Shown here one piece after another: positions 55,981 to 64,000 of a stretch of DNA of 64,000 bases. The DNA comes from an uncultured Gammaproteobacteria bacterium (lineage in GTDB: Bacteria; Patescibacteriota; Patescibacteriia; Magasanikbacterales; GWA2-37-8): positions 27,219 through 91,218 of the forward strand of contig CAZHYJ010000002.1 of assembly GCA_964536725.1 (NCBI GenBank). The letters are read 5' to 3'. The position numbers were made by a program, and so were the translations under genes. The notes under the pieces were generated by a model. That model worked only from the letters and a program-made list of their open reading frames with translations, did not search any database and was not told the DNA's origin. Positions within the stretch are counted from its first letter, which is position 1. The number at the start of each line of letters is the position of its first letter.

Positions 55981-56388
55981 ATGTCCGACTGTATCTTTTG
56001 TAAAATTGTCGCCGGAGAAATTCCCAATCATACGATTTACGAAGACGAAAACTTTCTAGCTTTCCTGGATGTTTTTCCGCACGCTCTGGGGCACACGGTG
56101 GTGATACCCAAAGTGCATCGTCATAATTTTATGGAGTTAAACGACTTGGAAATAGAAAAAATTATGTTGGCGGTAAAAAGAGCGATGGAAAAAATTAAGG
56201 CAGTTTTAAATCCAGATGGTTTCAATGTGGGGTGGAACGATGGTCCGGCAGGTGGGCAAGTGGTACCACATCTGCATGTGCACATTTTTCCGCGATATGA
56301 GGGTGATGGTGGTACAAGCGTCCATTCAATTATTAAAAATCCCGGCGCTATTTCCGTTGCGGAAGTAGCCGAAAAGTTTAAAATATAA
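55981..56388 (+). CDS. HIT-family (histidine triad) nucleotide hydrolase.
   Basis: CIFCKIV...HLHVHIFPR histidine triad. Confidence 0.85.
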   Translation: MSDCIFCKIVAGEIPNHTIYEDENFLAFLDVFPHALGHTVVIPKVHRHNFMELNDLEIEKIMLAVKRAMEKIKAVLNPDGFNVGWNDGPAGGQVVPHLHVHIFPRYEGDGGTSVHSIIKNPGAISVAEVAEKFKI

Positions 56389-56403
56389 ACAAAGATTAAA
56401 AAT

Positions 56404-56973
56404 ATGCTAAAACGTTGGAAAAAAATTTCTTCACAACTTAAAGAGGATAATACCTTCTGGAAATATTCTTCGGATATTTTTGAACTGCCCAGTGGTGAAC
56501 GACAGGAATATTTTTATGGCGAGATTAATGACGGGGCATTAGTTGTGCCGGTATTAGACGATGGTCGGTTGGTGTTGGTAATGCAATATCGATATTTGCG
56601 CGACAAACAGAGTGTTGGTTTTCCCAAGGGAAGGTTGCTGAGTGGTGAATCCGCCCAGGTGGGAGCGGAACGAGAGATGCGTGAAGAAATTGGTTTTACT
56701 TCTTCCAATTTTGTTAAGACTGGTTCGTTTGACAGTTTAGATAGTCACTTCAAAGAAACGATGCATATATTTGTGGCGGATGAATTGTCGCAGGTGCCCA
56801 AACCACCAGCCGAAACCACAGAAGATGTTGAAGTGATTATTCGTCGGGTTGAAGAATTTGAAGAAATGATTCGCCGCGGTGAAATTTGGGATGGACACAC
56901 CTTGGCCGCTTGGACTTTGTCTCGTGAACAGGTGTTAAAAAAGATTTATGAACGACAGCAACAGCAAAGTTAA
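56404..56973 (+). CDS. NUDIX hydrolase.
   Basis: Nudix box GFPKGRLLSGESAQVGAEREMREEIGF. Confidence 0.8.
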   Translation: MLKRWKKISSQLKEDNTFWKYSSDIFELPSGERQEYFYGEINDGALVVPVLDDGRLVLVMQYRYLRDKQSVGFPKGRLLSGESAQVGAEREMREEIGFTSSNFVKTGSFDSLDSHFKETMHIFVADELSQVPKPPAETTEDVEVIIRRVEEFEEMIRRGEIWDGHTLAAWTLSREQVLKKIYERQQQQS

Positions 56974-57775
56974 GATTGCTTGGTGGGGGAAACATTTTGG
57001 TGAAGAGCCACCACTCGTGGGTAGTAAAGATCAAGGTGCAGGTGGAATGTTCTTTTCTGGCTGTAATTTGCGCTGTGTTTTTTGTCAGAACAAACAAATT
57101 TCTCAAGAAAATCTCGGTCGCGATTATTCAATTGAAGAATTGGTGGAAATGATGTTAGTGTTACAAAAGCGGGGAGCGGTAAATATCGATTTGGTTACGC
57201 CGACAATTTGGTGGCAACAAATTAAGGCGGCGATTATTTTAGCCAAAGAAAAAGGTTTAACCATTCCAATTGTCTGGAATTCCAATGGCTATGAAGCGGT
57301 GGAAATTTTGCAAGAGATGAAAGGGTTAGTGGATATTTATCTGCCTGATTTTAAATACAGTGACGACGAATTAGCGTGGAAATATTCGGGTATTAAAAAA
57401 TATTTGGCAGTAACAAAAAAAGCGATTGAAGAAATGTATTCTCAAGTTGGTTTGTTTAAAGAAAACAATGAGGTGGGGGAGAGTGGTTTGATTGTTCGCC
57501 ATATGGTGTTGCCAGGGGCGGTGGAAAACAGTTGTCGTGTGTTGGAAGAGTTGGCTAGTATCGATACGCGCATACATGTTGCCTTGATGAATCAATATTG
57601 TCCGTTGTATGGAGCCAAAGATTTTCCGGAGATTGATCGAACGATAACGACCGAAGAATATGAGCTGGTGTATAACAAACTATTGGAGCTAGGATTTACC
57701 AACGGTTGGGCGCAGGGGGAAGAGAGCCCAAATAACTTTGTACCGAATTTTAACAAACCAGATCCGTTTAATTAG
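56948..57775 (+). CDS. Radical SAM enzyme (AmmeMemoRadiSam-like, PflA-like activase fold).
   Basis: GCNLRCVFCQNKQIS = CxxxCxxC cluster motif. 26-nt overlap with the Nudix gene. Confidence 0.7.
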   Translation: MNDSNSKVKIAWWGKHFGEEPPLVGSKDQGAGGMFFSGCNLRCVFCQNKQISQENLGRDYSIEELVEMMLVLQKRGAVNIDLVTPTIWWQQIKAAIILAKEKGLTIPIVWNSNGYEAVEILQEMKGLVDIYLPDFKYSDDELAWKYSGIKKYLAVTKKAIEEMYSQVGLFKENNEVGESGLIVRHMVLPGAVENSCRVLEELASIDTRIHVALMNQYCPLYGAKDFPEIDRTITTEEYELVYNKLLELGFTNGWAQGEESPNNFVPNFNKPDPFN

Positions 57776-57815
57776 TTTTAGTGATTAAACAATAAAATTG
57801 TGGTATAATATTCTT

Positions 57816-59678
57816 ATGGAAGAAAATATCCCAACAAATCCTGTTTCGTCAGCGGCGGAACCAGAGCAATCCGATATTAACTATTTCGGGTTGGTTAACT
57901 ATCGCAACCAAAACCGTAAGTTCGGTATCAAGACTGATGATCGTCGCCGACATATGTATGTTGTCGGTAAAACCGGTATGGGTAAGACGACGATTTTGGA
58001 GAACATGGTTTTGAATGACATCTACGCCGGACACGGCGTTGGTTTGGTTGATCCGCACGGTGACTTTGCCGAAAAAATTATCGACTATATCCCAGCCAAT
58101 CGTATTAATGATGTGGTATATTTTAATCCGGCGGATATTGATTTCCCGATTGGTTTTAATATTTTGGAAACTGTTAAAGCCGAACACAAACATTTGGTAG
58201 CTTCCGGTTTGATGGGAGTATTTAAAAAGATCTGGCCAGATGTTTGGAGTTCGCGTATGGAATATATCTTAAACAACACTCTGTTGGCGTTGTTGGATTA
58301 TCCCGGTACGACTTTACTTGGTATCAATCGCTTGTTAGCGGATGCTGATTATCGCAAGCGGGTGGTGCACAATTTAAAAGATCCGGTAGTAAAAGCTTTT
58401 TGGCAAAATGAGTTTGCGGCTTACAATGATAAATATCGTCAGGAAGCCGTCGCGCCTATCCAAAACAAAATTGGTCAATTTCTGTCTGCTTCGGTTATCC
58501 GCAATATTGTGGCACAGGTCAAATCGCGAATTAACATTCGTGAAATCATGGATACACAAAAAATATTTATCATGAATCTTTCCAAAGGAAGAATAGGTGA
58601 AGATAATTCGCGCTTGCTCGGCGGCATGTTGATCACTAAAATTCAGTTGGCGGCGATGGAGCGCGTTGATATTCCAGAAAAAGATCGTAAAGATTTCTTC
58701 TTGTATGTTGATGAGTTTCAAAATTTCGCGACCGAAAGTTTTGCCAACATCCTATCTGAGGCGCGTAAATATCGTTTAGATTTAACCATGGCACATCAAT
58801 ACATGGAACAGTTGGATGAAATGGTGCTAGCGGCAGTTATCGGTAACGTTGGCAGTATTATCACTTTCCGAGTTGGTTCGACGGATGCGGAAATTTTAGC
58901 TAAAGAGTTTATCCCAACCTTCGTGGAAGAAGATTTGGTGAATTTACCAAAGTATCATATCTATCTTAAATTAATGATCGACGGTATCGCTTCACGGCCG
59001 TTTTCGGCTTTGACGTTGCCGCCAATTGCCAAGACGACTCACAGTGAAGAAAAAGTAGTTAAAGTTTCGCGCGAACGCTATGCAGTGCCACGGGCGAATA
59101 TCGAAGACAAGATCGCGCGTTGGAGTGGAATGGTAATTATCCCGGATGAGGACGCGAGTGAATTAGAAGTGGATGAAGACGAGGAGATGTTTGGAAAGAT
59201 GGAAAAAAAGGTGGAACCGAAGACAGAGTCGAAGGTGGAGAAAAAAATTCCGTTAGAGGTTAAGCCAACAGCAGAAAACAAACCAGAGCCTCGGATTGAA
59301 CCGGCGGTGGCGCAAGTGGTGCCAAAGCCAGTGGTGGTCGTACAGAGTGCTCCAATGCCACAGGTGAATCGAGGGTCCAATGGTTCTTCGTTTGGTAATC
59401 AAAACTCTCAATCTGCTGGCGGGGGTAACAGGAAAAAGAAAAAGAAGAAACACAATAATAATCCGGGAAGTGGGGCACCGGTATCTTTAGTTGATACTAA
59501 TCAAAAAGGGCTTTCATTGAGCAGTCTAAAACCCAAGCTTGGACCAGAGACAATTGGTCTACTGCCCAAAGAGCAGCACGAAAATCCGCCGATTGTAAGA
59601 TCGCAACCTTCCAACCAACAACCCCGTCAACCAATTACGATTTTACCGGATACTGTGAAGAAGGTAGAAGAAAATTAA
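57816..59678 (+). CDS. TraG/VirD4-family coupling-protein-like ATPase (DUF87/TraM-recognition type) with a Pro/Gly-rich C-terminal tail.
   Basis: Walker A VVGKTGMGKTT, the DPHGD motif characteristic of TrwB/VirD4-type ATPases, and Walker B LYVDEF. TGgTATAAT lies 6 nt upstream of the ATG, which implies a leaderless mRNA. Confidence 0.65.
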   Translation: MEENIPTNPVSSAAEPEQSDINYFGLVNYRNQNRKFGIKTDDRRRHMYVVGKTGMGKTTILENMVLNDIYAGHGVGLVDPHGDFAEKIIDYIPANRINDVVYFNPADIDFPIGFNILETVKAEHKHLVASGLMGVFKKIWPDVWSSRMEYILNNTLLALLDYPGTTLLGINRLLADADYRKRVVHNLKDPVVKAFWQNEFAAYNDKYRQEAVAPIQNKIGQFLSASVIRNIVAQVKSRINIREIMDTQKIFIMNLSKGRIGEDNSRLLGGMLITKIQLAAMERVDIPEKDRKDFFLYVDEFQNFATESFANILSEARKYRLDLTMAHQYMEQLDEMVLAAVIGNVGSIITFRVGSTDAEILAKEFIPTFVEEDLVNLPKYHIYLKLMIDGIASRPFSALTLPPIAKTTHSEEKVVKVSRERYAVPRANIEDKIARWSGMVIIPDEDASELEVDEDEEMFGKMEKKVEPKTESKVEKKIPLEVKPTAENKPEPRIEPAVAQVVPKPVVVVQSAPMPQVNRGSNGSSFGNQNSQSAGGGNRKKKKKKHNNNPGSGAPVSLVDTNQKGLSLSSLKPKLGPETIGLLPKEQHENPPIVRSQPSNQQPRQPITILPDTVKKVEEN

Positions 59679-59693
59679 TGTTGTTTTGTTCGT

Positions 59694-60113
59694 ATGAGAT
59701 CCCTGATGCTGCATGTAAATAAATTCGCTGTTAATGTTGTAGAAGAATCTAAAAGGCCAAAGGGTATTAGTCCGGAAAAAAGAAAATCTGATTCTGAAGA
59801 AATGGGTCAGTGCCTTGTGGTATTTTTTTGTGTAGAAGAAGGCGACAGTAAAAAGCAGGTTGAAAAGATGTTTAAAGAAATTTTAAAGACTACTGACGAA
59901 GTTAAAACAAAAAAAATAATGATCTCTCCTTTTGTCCACTTGTCAAAAAATATTGCCAAACCAGAAGTAGCCAAGGATCTTTATGAGAAACTTGTAGAGA
60001 AATTTGTCGGTTTGGATTTTGTAGTCAAGTCATCGCACTTTGGTTATCACAAAAGTTTACTGCTTGATATTAAAGGATATCCCGGGTCGTTTCGTTATCG
60101 AGAGTTTTATTAA
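59694..60113 (+). CDS. Standalone archaeal-type threonyl-tRNA synthetase editing domain homologue (tRNA-Thr_ED, DTD-like fold).
   Basis: Similarity recalled from memory to the Pyrococcus ThrRS N-terminal editing domain: MRxLLxH start, VVFxxVEE, SPFxHLSxxxAKP, FGYxK. Confidence 0.55.
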   Translation: MRSLMLHVNKFAVNVVEESKRPKGISPEKRKSDSEEMGQCLVVFFCVEEGDSKKQVEKMFKEILKTTDEVKTKKIMISPFVHLSKNIAKPEVAKDLYEKLVEKFVGLDFVVKSSHFGYHKSLLLDIKGYPGSFRYREFY

Positions 60114-60125
60114 TGTGGTTACGAT

Positions 60126-60566
60126 ATGAATCAAAAGTTATTTCGTTTTGAAGTAGATCAATCCATCAGAGTCGAAGAATTATCGGGTGATACTATCGTA
60201 GCTTTGGCTAATACCGAAAGAAAGTTTACGGTCATCCTTACAGCCAAGGTTAAGAAGAGGCTGTATGAGCGATTTAGGTGCTTGGGTCAACCAAAGCGTT
60301 TTGCCCCTAAAGTTTTTTCTGCTTTAATTATTTTTATAATTAAAAATTCTGGTTTAAAATTTACTGAACTAGTTATTGACATAGAATATCCTGGGTACGA
60401 AATTTTAATAACAAATTGTTTATCAAAATATTTTCCAGAACTACTGGTGTATTTTAGTGTGATCGGGAAAAAGTCGCCGGCGCATTACGCTGCTTATGGG
60501 GTCCATACGAAAAAAAGTATGGCCGATGTGGCAGTAACCTTAAAAGAGATTTTGAAATTAATCTGA
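60126..60566 (+). CDS. Hypothetical protein (146 aa).
   Basis: ORF with a compatible upstream gene. No recognised domain. Confidence 0.35.
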   Translation: MNQKLFRFEVDQSIRVEELSGDTIVALANTERKFTVILTAKVKKRLYERFRCLGQPKRFAPKVFSALIIFIIKNSGLKFTELVIDIEYPGYEILITNCLSKYFPELLVYFSVIGKKSPAHYAAYGVHTKKSMADVAVTLKEILKLI

Positions 60567-60681
60567 TGAAAAACAAAAAAGACCCCCAGAATTGTTACAC
60601 ATTTAGACTAGCTAAACGATTCGCAATCCACAAGGATCAATTTCTATAATTATTCTAACAAATTTCCTTTTTTTTGTCAAT

Positions 60682-61662
60682 ATGCCCAAAACATCCCACA
60701 TAAAATTTTTCAAAAACATTTCCAAAAGTGATGTTAATATTGCTGGTGGCAAGGGGGCATCACTCGGTGAAATGACCCAAGCAAAAATTCCGGTGCCCAA
60801 TGGTTTTGTAATTTTAGCGGCGGCCTTTGATCGGTTTTTGGAAGAGACACAATTAAAAGAGGAGATTGCAGCACGTTTAGCAGCAGTCAATCCAGACGAT
60901 GCCAACTCGGTGGATAAGGCGAGCAATGTTATCCGCGATGCGATTCACGATCGATCCATGCCTAAAGATTTGGAAAAAGAAATTTTGGCAGGATTTGCAA
61001 AATTGGACACTAAATTTGTTGCGGTGCGTTCATCGGCTACGGCTGAGGATTCGTCGGTGGCCAGTTGGGCAGGGGAGTTGGAGAGTTATTTAAATACCGA
61101 TAAAAAGAATTTGATTGAACGGGTGCGTCGTTGTTGGTCTTCGCTCTATACCCCGCGGGCCATTTTTTATCGTTACGAAAAAGGGTTGATTGATCACTAT
61201 GTTTCAGTCGCGGTGGTGATACAAAAAATGGTACAGTCAGAAATTTCCGGTATTGCTTTTACCGTTCATCCGGTGACGGAGGATTATGATCAGATGATTA
61301 TTGAAGCGGGATATGGGCTGGGTGAAGCGATTGTATCGGGACAAATCACTCCAGACAGTTATGTGATTAGTAAAAGCAGTATGTCGATTGTGGACACTTA
61401 TGTTAGTTCGCAAACGCGACAGCTGATTCGTAAAAAATCTGCCCAGAGCAAAGGAGACAAAGAAAACGCCTCCAATGAATGGGTGGAGTTAGGTAAAAAA
61501 GGTGAAAAACAAAAAGTGGAAAACAAAAAAGTTTTAGCTTTGGCGAAAGTGTTTAAAAGAATTGAAGATCATTACAAGTTCCCTTGTGATATCGAATGGG
61601 CAATGGAAAAAGGGAAAATATATATTACCCAAAGTAGGCCGATTACTACTTTAAGTAAGTAG
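60682..61662 (+). CDS. Standalone PEP-utilising-enzyme N-terminal nucleotide-binding domain protein (PPDK_N, as in PEP synthase/PPDK/rifampin phosphotransferase).
   Basis: NIAGGKGASLGEM...VAVRSSATAEDSSVASWAGELESYLN motifs. There are no swivel or PEP-binding domains downstream, so it is truncated relative to PpsA. Confidence 0.7.
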   Translation: MPKTSHIKFFKNISKSDVNIAGGKGASLGEMTQAKIPVPNGFVILAAAFDRFLEETQLKEEIAARLAAVNPDDANSVDKASNVIRDAIHDRSMPKDLEKEILAGFAKLDTKFVAVRSSATAEDSSVASWAGELESYLNTDKKNLIERVRRCWSSLYTPRAIFYRYEKGLIDHYVSVAVVIQKMVQSEISGIAFTVHPVTEDYDQMIIEAGYGLGEAIVSGQITPDSYVISKSSMSIVDTYVSSQTRQLIRKKSAQSKGDKENASNEWVELGKKGEKQKVENKKVLALAKVFKRIEDHYKFPCDIEWAMEKGKIYITQSRPITTLSK

Positions 61663-61865
61663 AAGATGGTTAAAATACATCTGAAAACCACCCATTGACT
61701 AAATCATATTTTTGTGCTATAATGTCACCAATTAGTGGGCAATGTAGTAAGGGCCTTTAAAGCCAACAGGACGTTCCCAATATATCCAGGCTGGATTAAA
61801 ACCAGTCGGAGGTCGAATTTTATCTATCTCAAACAACATTTTGGGAACAAAACAATCAAAAATAT

Positions 61866-62195
61866 ATGGCTTTTGGTACTGACAGACAAATGTTTGATGT
61901 TGATCTTACCTGCGCTAAATGCGGGGCTCACATCTCTCAGTTGCCTTTTCAACCATCTGGTGATCGACCGGTTTACTGCTCTGACTGCAACCGTGCTTTC
62001 CGCCAGAATCGTCCTGACGATCGTGGTAGCCGTGGTGGTAGTTTTGGTGGACGCTCAGCTGGCCCTCGCCAGATGTTCAGCGTTAACCTAAGCTGCGCTT
62101 CCTGCGGAACTGCGATTACCCAATTACCTTTCCAGCCAACTGGCGATAAACCAGTTTACTGCCGAGAGTGTATGCAGGCTCGTCGTAACGACTAA
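61866..62195 (+). CDS. Tandem zinc-ribbon protein (two zf-trcl-like CxxC...C..C repeats).
   Basis: Two copies of CxxCGxxIxQLPFQPxGDxPVYCxxC. The promoter TGcTATAAT sits about 140 nt upstream and a terminator follows at about 62215-62240. Confidence 0.6.
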   Translation: MAFGTDRQMFDVDLTCAKCGAHISQLPFQPSGDRPVYCSDCNRAFRQNRPDDRGSRGGSFGGRSAGPRQMFSVNLSCASCGTAITQLPFQPTGDKPVYCRECMQARRND

Positions 62196-62269
62196 TTCTT
62201 TCGAGAATGAAAAAAAGAGAGTCCATCTGGACTCTCTTTTGATTTTGGTATAAAATATCAGCATAAAAT

Positions 62270-63337
62270 ATGTCTTTAATGAAAAAAGAGAAAATTTTGG
62301 TAGCGATGAGCGGTGGGGTAGATTCGTCTGTCGTCGCCGCTTTGCTAGTGCGTGCCGGTTATGACGTTACCGGTGCTTTTATGGTCAACTACGATGGTCA
62401 AGTGCCAAACGGGGAATCATGTTGGCACGGAGATTATCAAGACGCACTGCGAGTGGCGGCACATCTGGGTATTCCGCTAATGCGCCTGGATTTTGTGACT
62501 GAATACAAAAAATTTGTTTTGGACTATTTGTATAAAGAATATTCGGCCGGACGAACACCCAATCCTGATGTAATGTGTAATAAATTTGTGAAGTTTGGTT
62601 TTTGGCTAAAAGCGGCTGATAAGTTAGGGTTTGATAAATTGGCGACTGGCCACTATGCGACTCTGGTGAAGCGTGCTGGGAAATTTAAATTGTTGGCGGC
62701 TAAAGATGGTAATAAAGACCAAACATATTTTTTACATCAATTAAATCAAAAACAATTAAGCAAAGTTTTGTTTCCGGTAGGGGAATATACCAAAGACGAA
62801 GTGAGAAAGTTGGCCAAGAAATTTGGTTTGCCCACTGCTGAGAAGGAAGAAAGTATGGGTATCTGTTTTATTGGCGAAGTATCCATGCGTGATTTTCTAA
62901 AAGGCAAGGTCAAGGCCAGTCCAGGTAAGATTATTAACACTCAAGGTGAGGTTGTTGGCAAACATACCGGTTTGCCTTTCTATACTATTGGTGAGCGGGG
63001 AGTAGGTTTGGATAAAAGCGCTGGTCGGCCGTACTTTGTAGTAGGTAAAAATATTAAAAAGAACCAGCTGGTTGTCGGATTTGAAAATGATCCGGCTATG
63101 TTTAAAAAAGAGGTGTTGGTAAAAAGTGTTAATTGGATCAGTGGACAAACACCTAAATTTCCGTTAAAATGCCAAGTGAGGATGCGACATCGCCAGCCTT
63201 TAGTTAACTGTATTCTGCATGCTAACGGTCGCGATGTTTTAATTAATTTTAATAAACCAGAACGCGCTGTCACTCCTGGACAATTTGCTGTTTTTTTTAA
63301 AAACAATGAATGTTTGGGTGGGGGAGCGGTAAAATAA
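62270..63337 (+). CDS. mnmA: tRNA-specific 2-thiouridylase MnmA.
   Basis: PP-loop ILVAMSGGVDSSV and LATGHYA motifs. Confidence 0.9.
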   Translation: MSLMKKEKILVAMSGGVDSSVVAALLVRAGYDVTGAFMVNYDGQVPNGESCWHGDYQDALRVAAHLGIPLMRLDFVTEYKKFVLDYLYKEYSAGRTPNPDVMCNKFVKFGFWLKAADKLGFDKLATGHYATLVKRAGKFKLLAAKDGNKDQTYFLHQLNQKQLSKVLFPVGEYTKDEVRKLAKKFGLPTAEKEESMGICFIGEVSMRDFLKGKVKASPGKIINTQGEVVGKHTGLPFYTIGERGVGLDKSAGRPYFVVGKNIKKNQLVVGFENDPAMFKKEVLVKSVNWISGQTPKFPLKCQVRMRHRQPLVNCILHANGRDVLINFNKPERAVTPGQFAVFFKNNECLGGGAVK

Positions 63338-63338
63338 T

Positions 63339-64000
63339 ATGTCTTTTTTAACCCAAGAGAAAACTCGCTTTGTTCGTCTGGCCTATGTAGGTTTGGCGTT
63401 TTTGGTAGCGGTGTTATATGACCAGTTGTTTTGGAACAAGACACATGGTTTGGGTGCATTTTTATTTGTTGTTATTTATTTAATTGGTTTTATTACACTG
63501 GTGTATTGTACTAAGCATATTAAAAACCGACTTGCATTTTTGATGGTTGTGCCAATTTTGATTTTGGCTTTTGATCAGATGCTTTACACCAATGTATTAG
63601 TGCAATATTTATTACCATTTGTATTATTTGTTTTGTTAGTAGTATTTTCTTTCCTATTAACTTTGCGCAATGAAAACAAATTCCTTTTTTATTTCAGAAA
63701 TATTCCTCTAGTAAAAAATGTTGGTGTAATAATCAAAAATATTTTGGTTGTTTTTCGCGACCTATTTAGTTGGACTAAAAGCACAAAACATAGCGAAAAA
63801 TATAAACAGATTGCTGTGGGTTTAATTATCTCTGTACCAATCCTTTTGCTTTTTGTTTTACTCTTTGCGGGGGCAGACCAGGTGTTTGGCAATGGTATCG
63901 AAAGATTATTTTCGATTAAAATAGATGTTGATCCCTTGCTTACTTGGAGATTTGTCAGAACAGCCATCTTTACTTTTATCGGCGGCGCTTTCTTTTATGC
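63339..64000 (+). CDS. Hypothetical polytopic membrane protein, partial. Open to the window end.
   Basis: Uninterrupted reading frame of about 220 codons with multiple hydrophobic segments. It is absent from the ORF track because no stop codon falls within the window. Confidence 0.5.
   Translation, partial: MSFLTQEKTRFVRLAYVGLAFLVAVLYDQLFWNKTHGLGAFLFVVIYLIGFITLVYCTKHIKNRLAFLMVVPILILAFDQMLYTNVLVQYLLPFVLFVLLVVFSFLLTLRNENKFLFYFRNIPLVKNVGVIIKNILVVFRDLFSWTKSTKHSEKYKQIAVGLIISVPILLLFVLLFAGADQVFGNGIERLFSIKIDVDPLLTWRFVRTAIFTFIGGAFFY

Noticed and set aside
60612-60926. The 104-aa minus-strand ORF overlapping the start of the PPDK_N gene, and 61735-62091 overlapping the zinc-ribbon gene.
   Set aside because: They are antisense to or overlap better-supported genes that have promoters and terminators. 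They have no start context.
1-64000. Looked for CRISPR arrays, rRNA genes and tRNA genes.
   Set aside because: No run of regularly spaced direct repeats, no rRNA-like conserved stretches, and no tRNA T-arm or anticodon-arm signatures were seen in any intergenic region.

Overview
The window looks like a streamlined, AT-rich (about 38-40% GC) genome typical of Patescibacteria/CPR-type bacteria. Genes are short, several are truncated relative to their families, and most gene pairs are separated by clean hairpin plus T-run terminators. Main content in order: a degenerate IS3-family element at the left edge; a heat-shock operon hrcA-grpE-hsp20-dnaK-small ORF-dnaJ preceded by a variant CIRCE operator; an ECF sigma / anti-sigma pair; cell-envelope genes (murA, ctpA, murJ, a WecA/TagO-type GT4, a glycosylation locus with sugar transferase, S8 protease, epimerase, GT2, DUF2304, GT4 and a methyltransferase); housekeeping genes (era, rplI, pyrG, recJ, lepA, rplU, recR, ybaB, dnaB, mnmA); the start of the dcw cluster (mraZ with MraZ-box repeats, rsmH, ftsL-like); an MntA/HepT toxin-antitoxin pair; an ABC transporter; a membrane-anchored ClpC-like ATPase; and a nucleotide-metabolism cluster (HIT, Nudix, radical SAM) followed by an orphan VirD4/TraG-like ATPase and a standalone archaeal-type ThrRS editing-domain protein. 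Two things are not explained by ordinary annotation. First, a roughly 100-nt structured repeat occurs in three copies (22518-22617, 29858-29962, 34159-34275), with a conserved core and stems that differ between copies but stay complementary. Second, three sharply GC-rich islands (about 55-58% GC, each gene with a GGAGG ribosome-binding site and foreign codon usage) sit at 35.75-36.93 kb, 49.95-50.33 kb and 52.85-53.76 kb. They encode two small membrane proteins, an 86-aa protein and a CDP-alcohol phosphatidyltransferase. No CRISPR array, rRNA or tRNA gene was recognised. Coordinates of small motifs were counted by hand and may be off by 1-2 nt.
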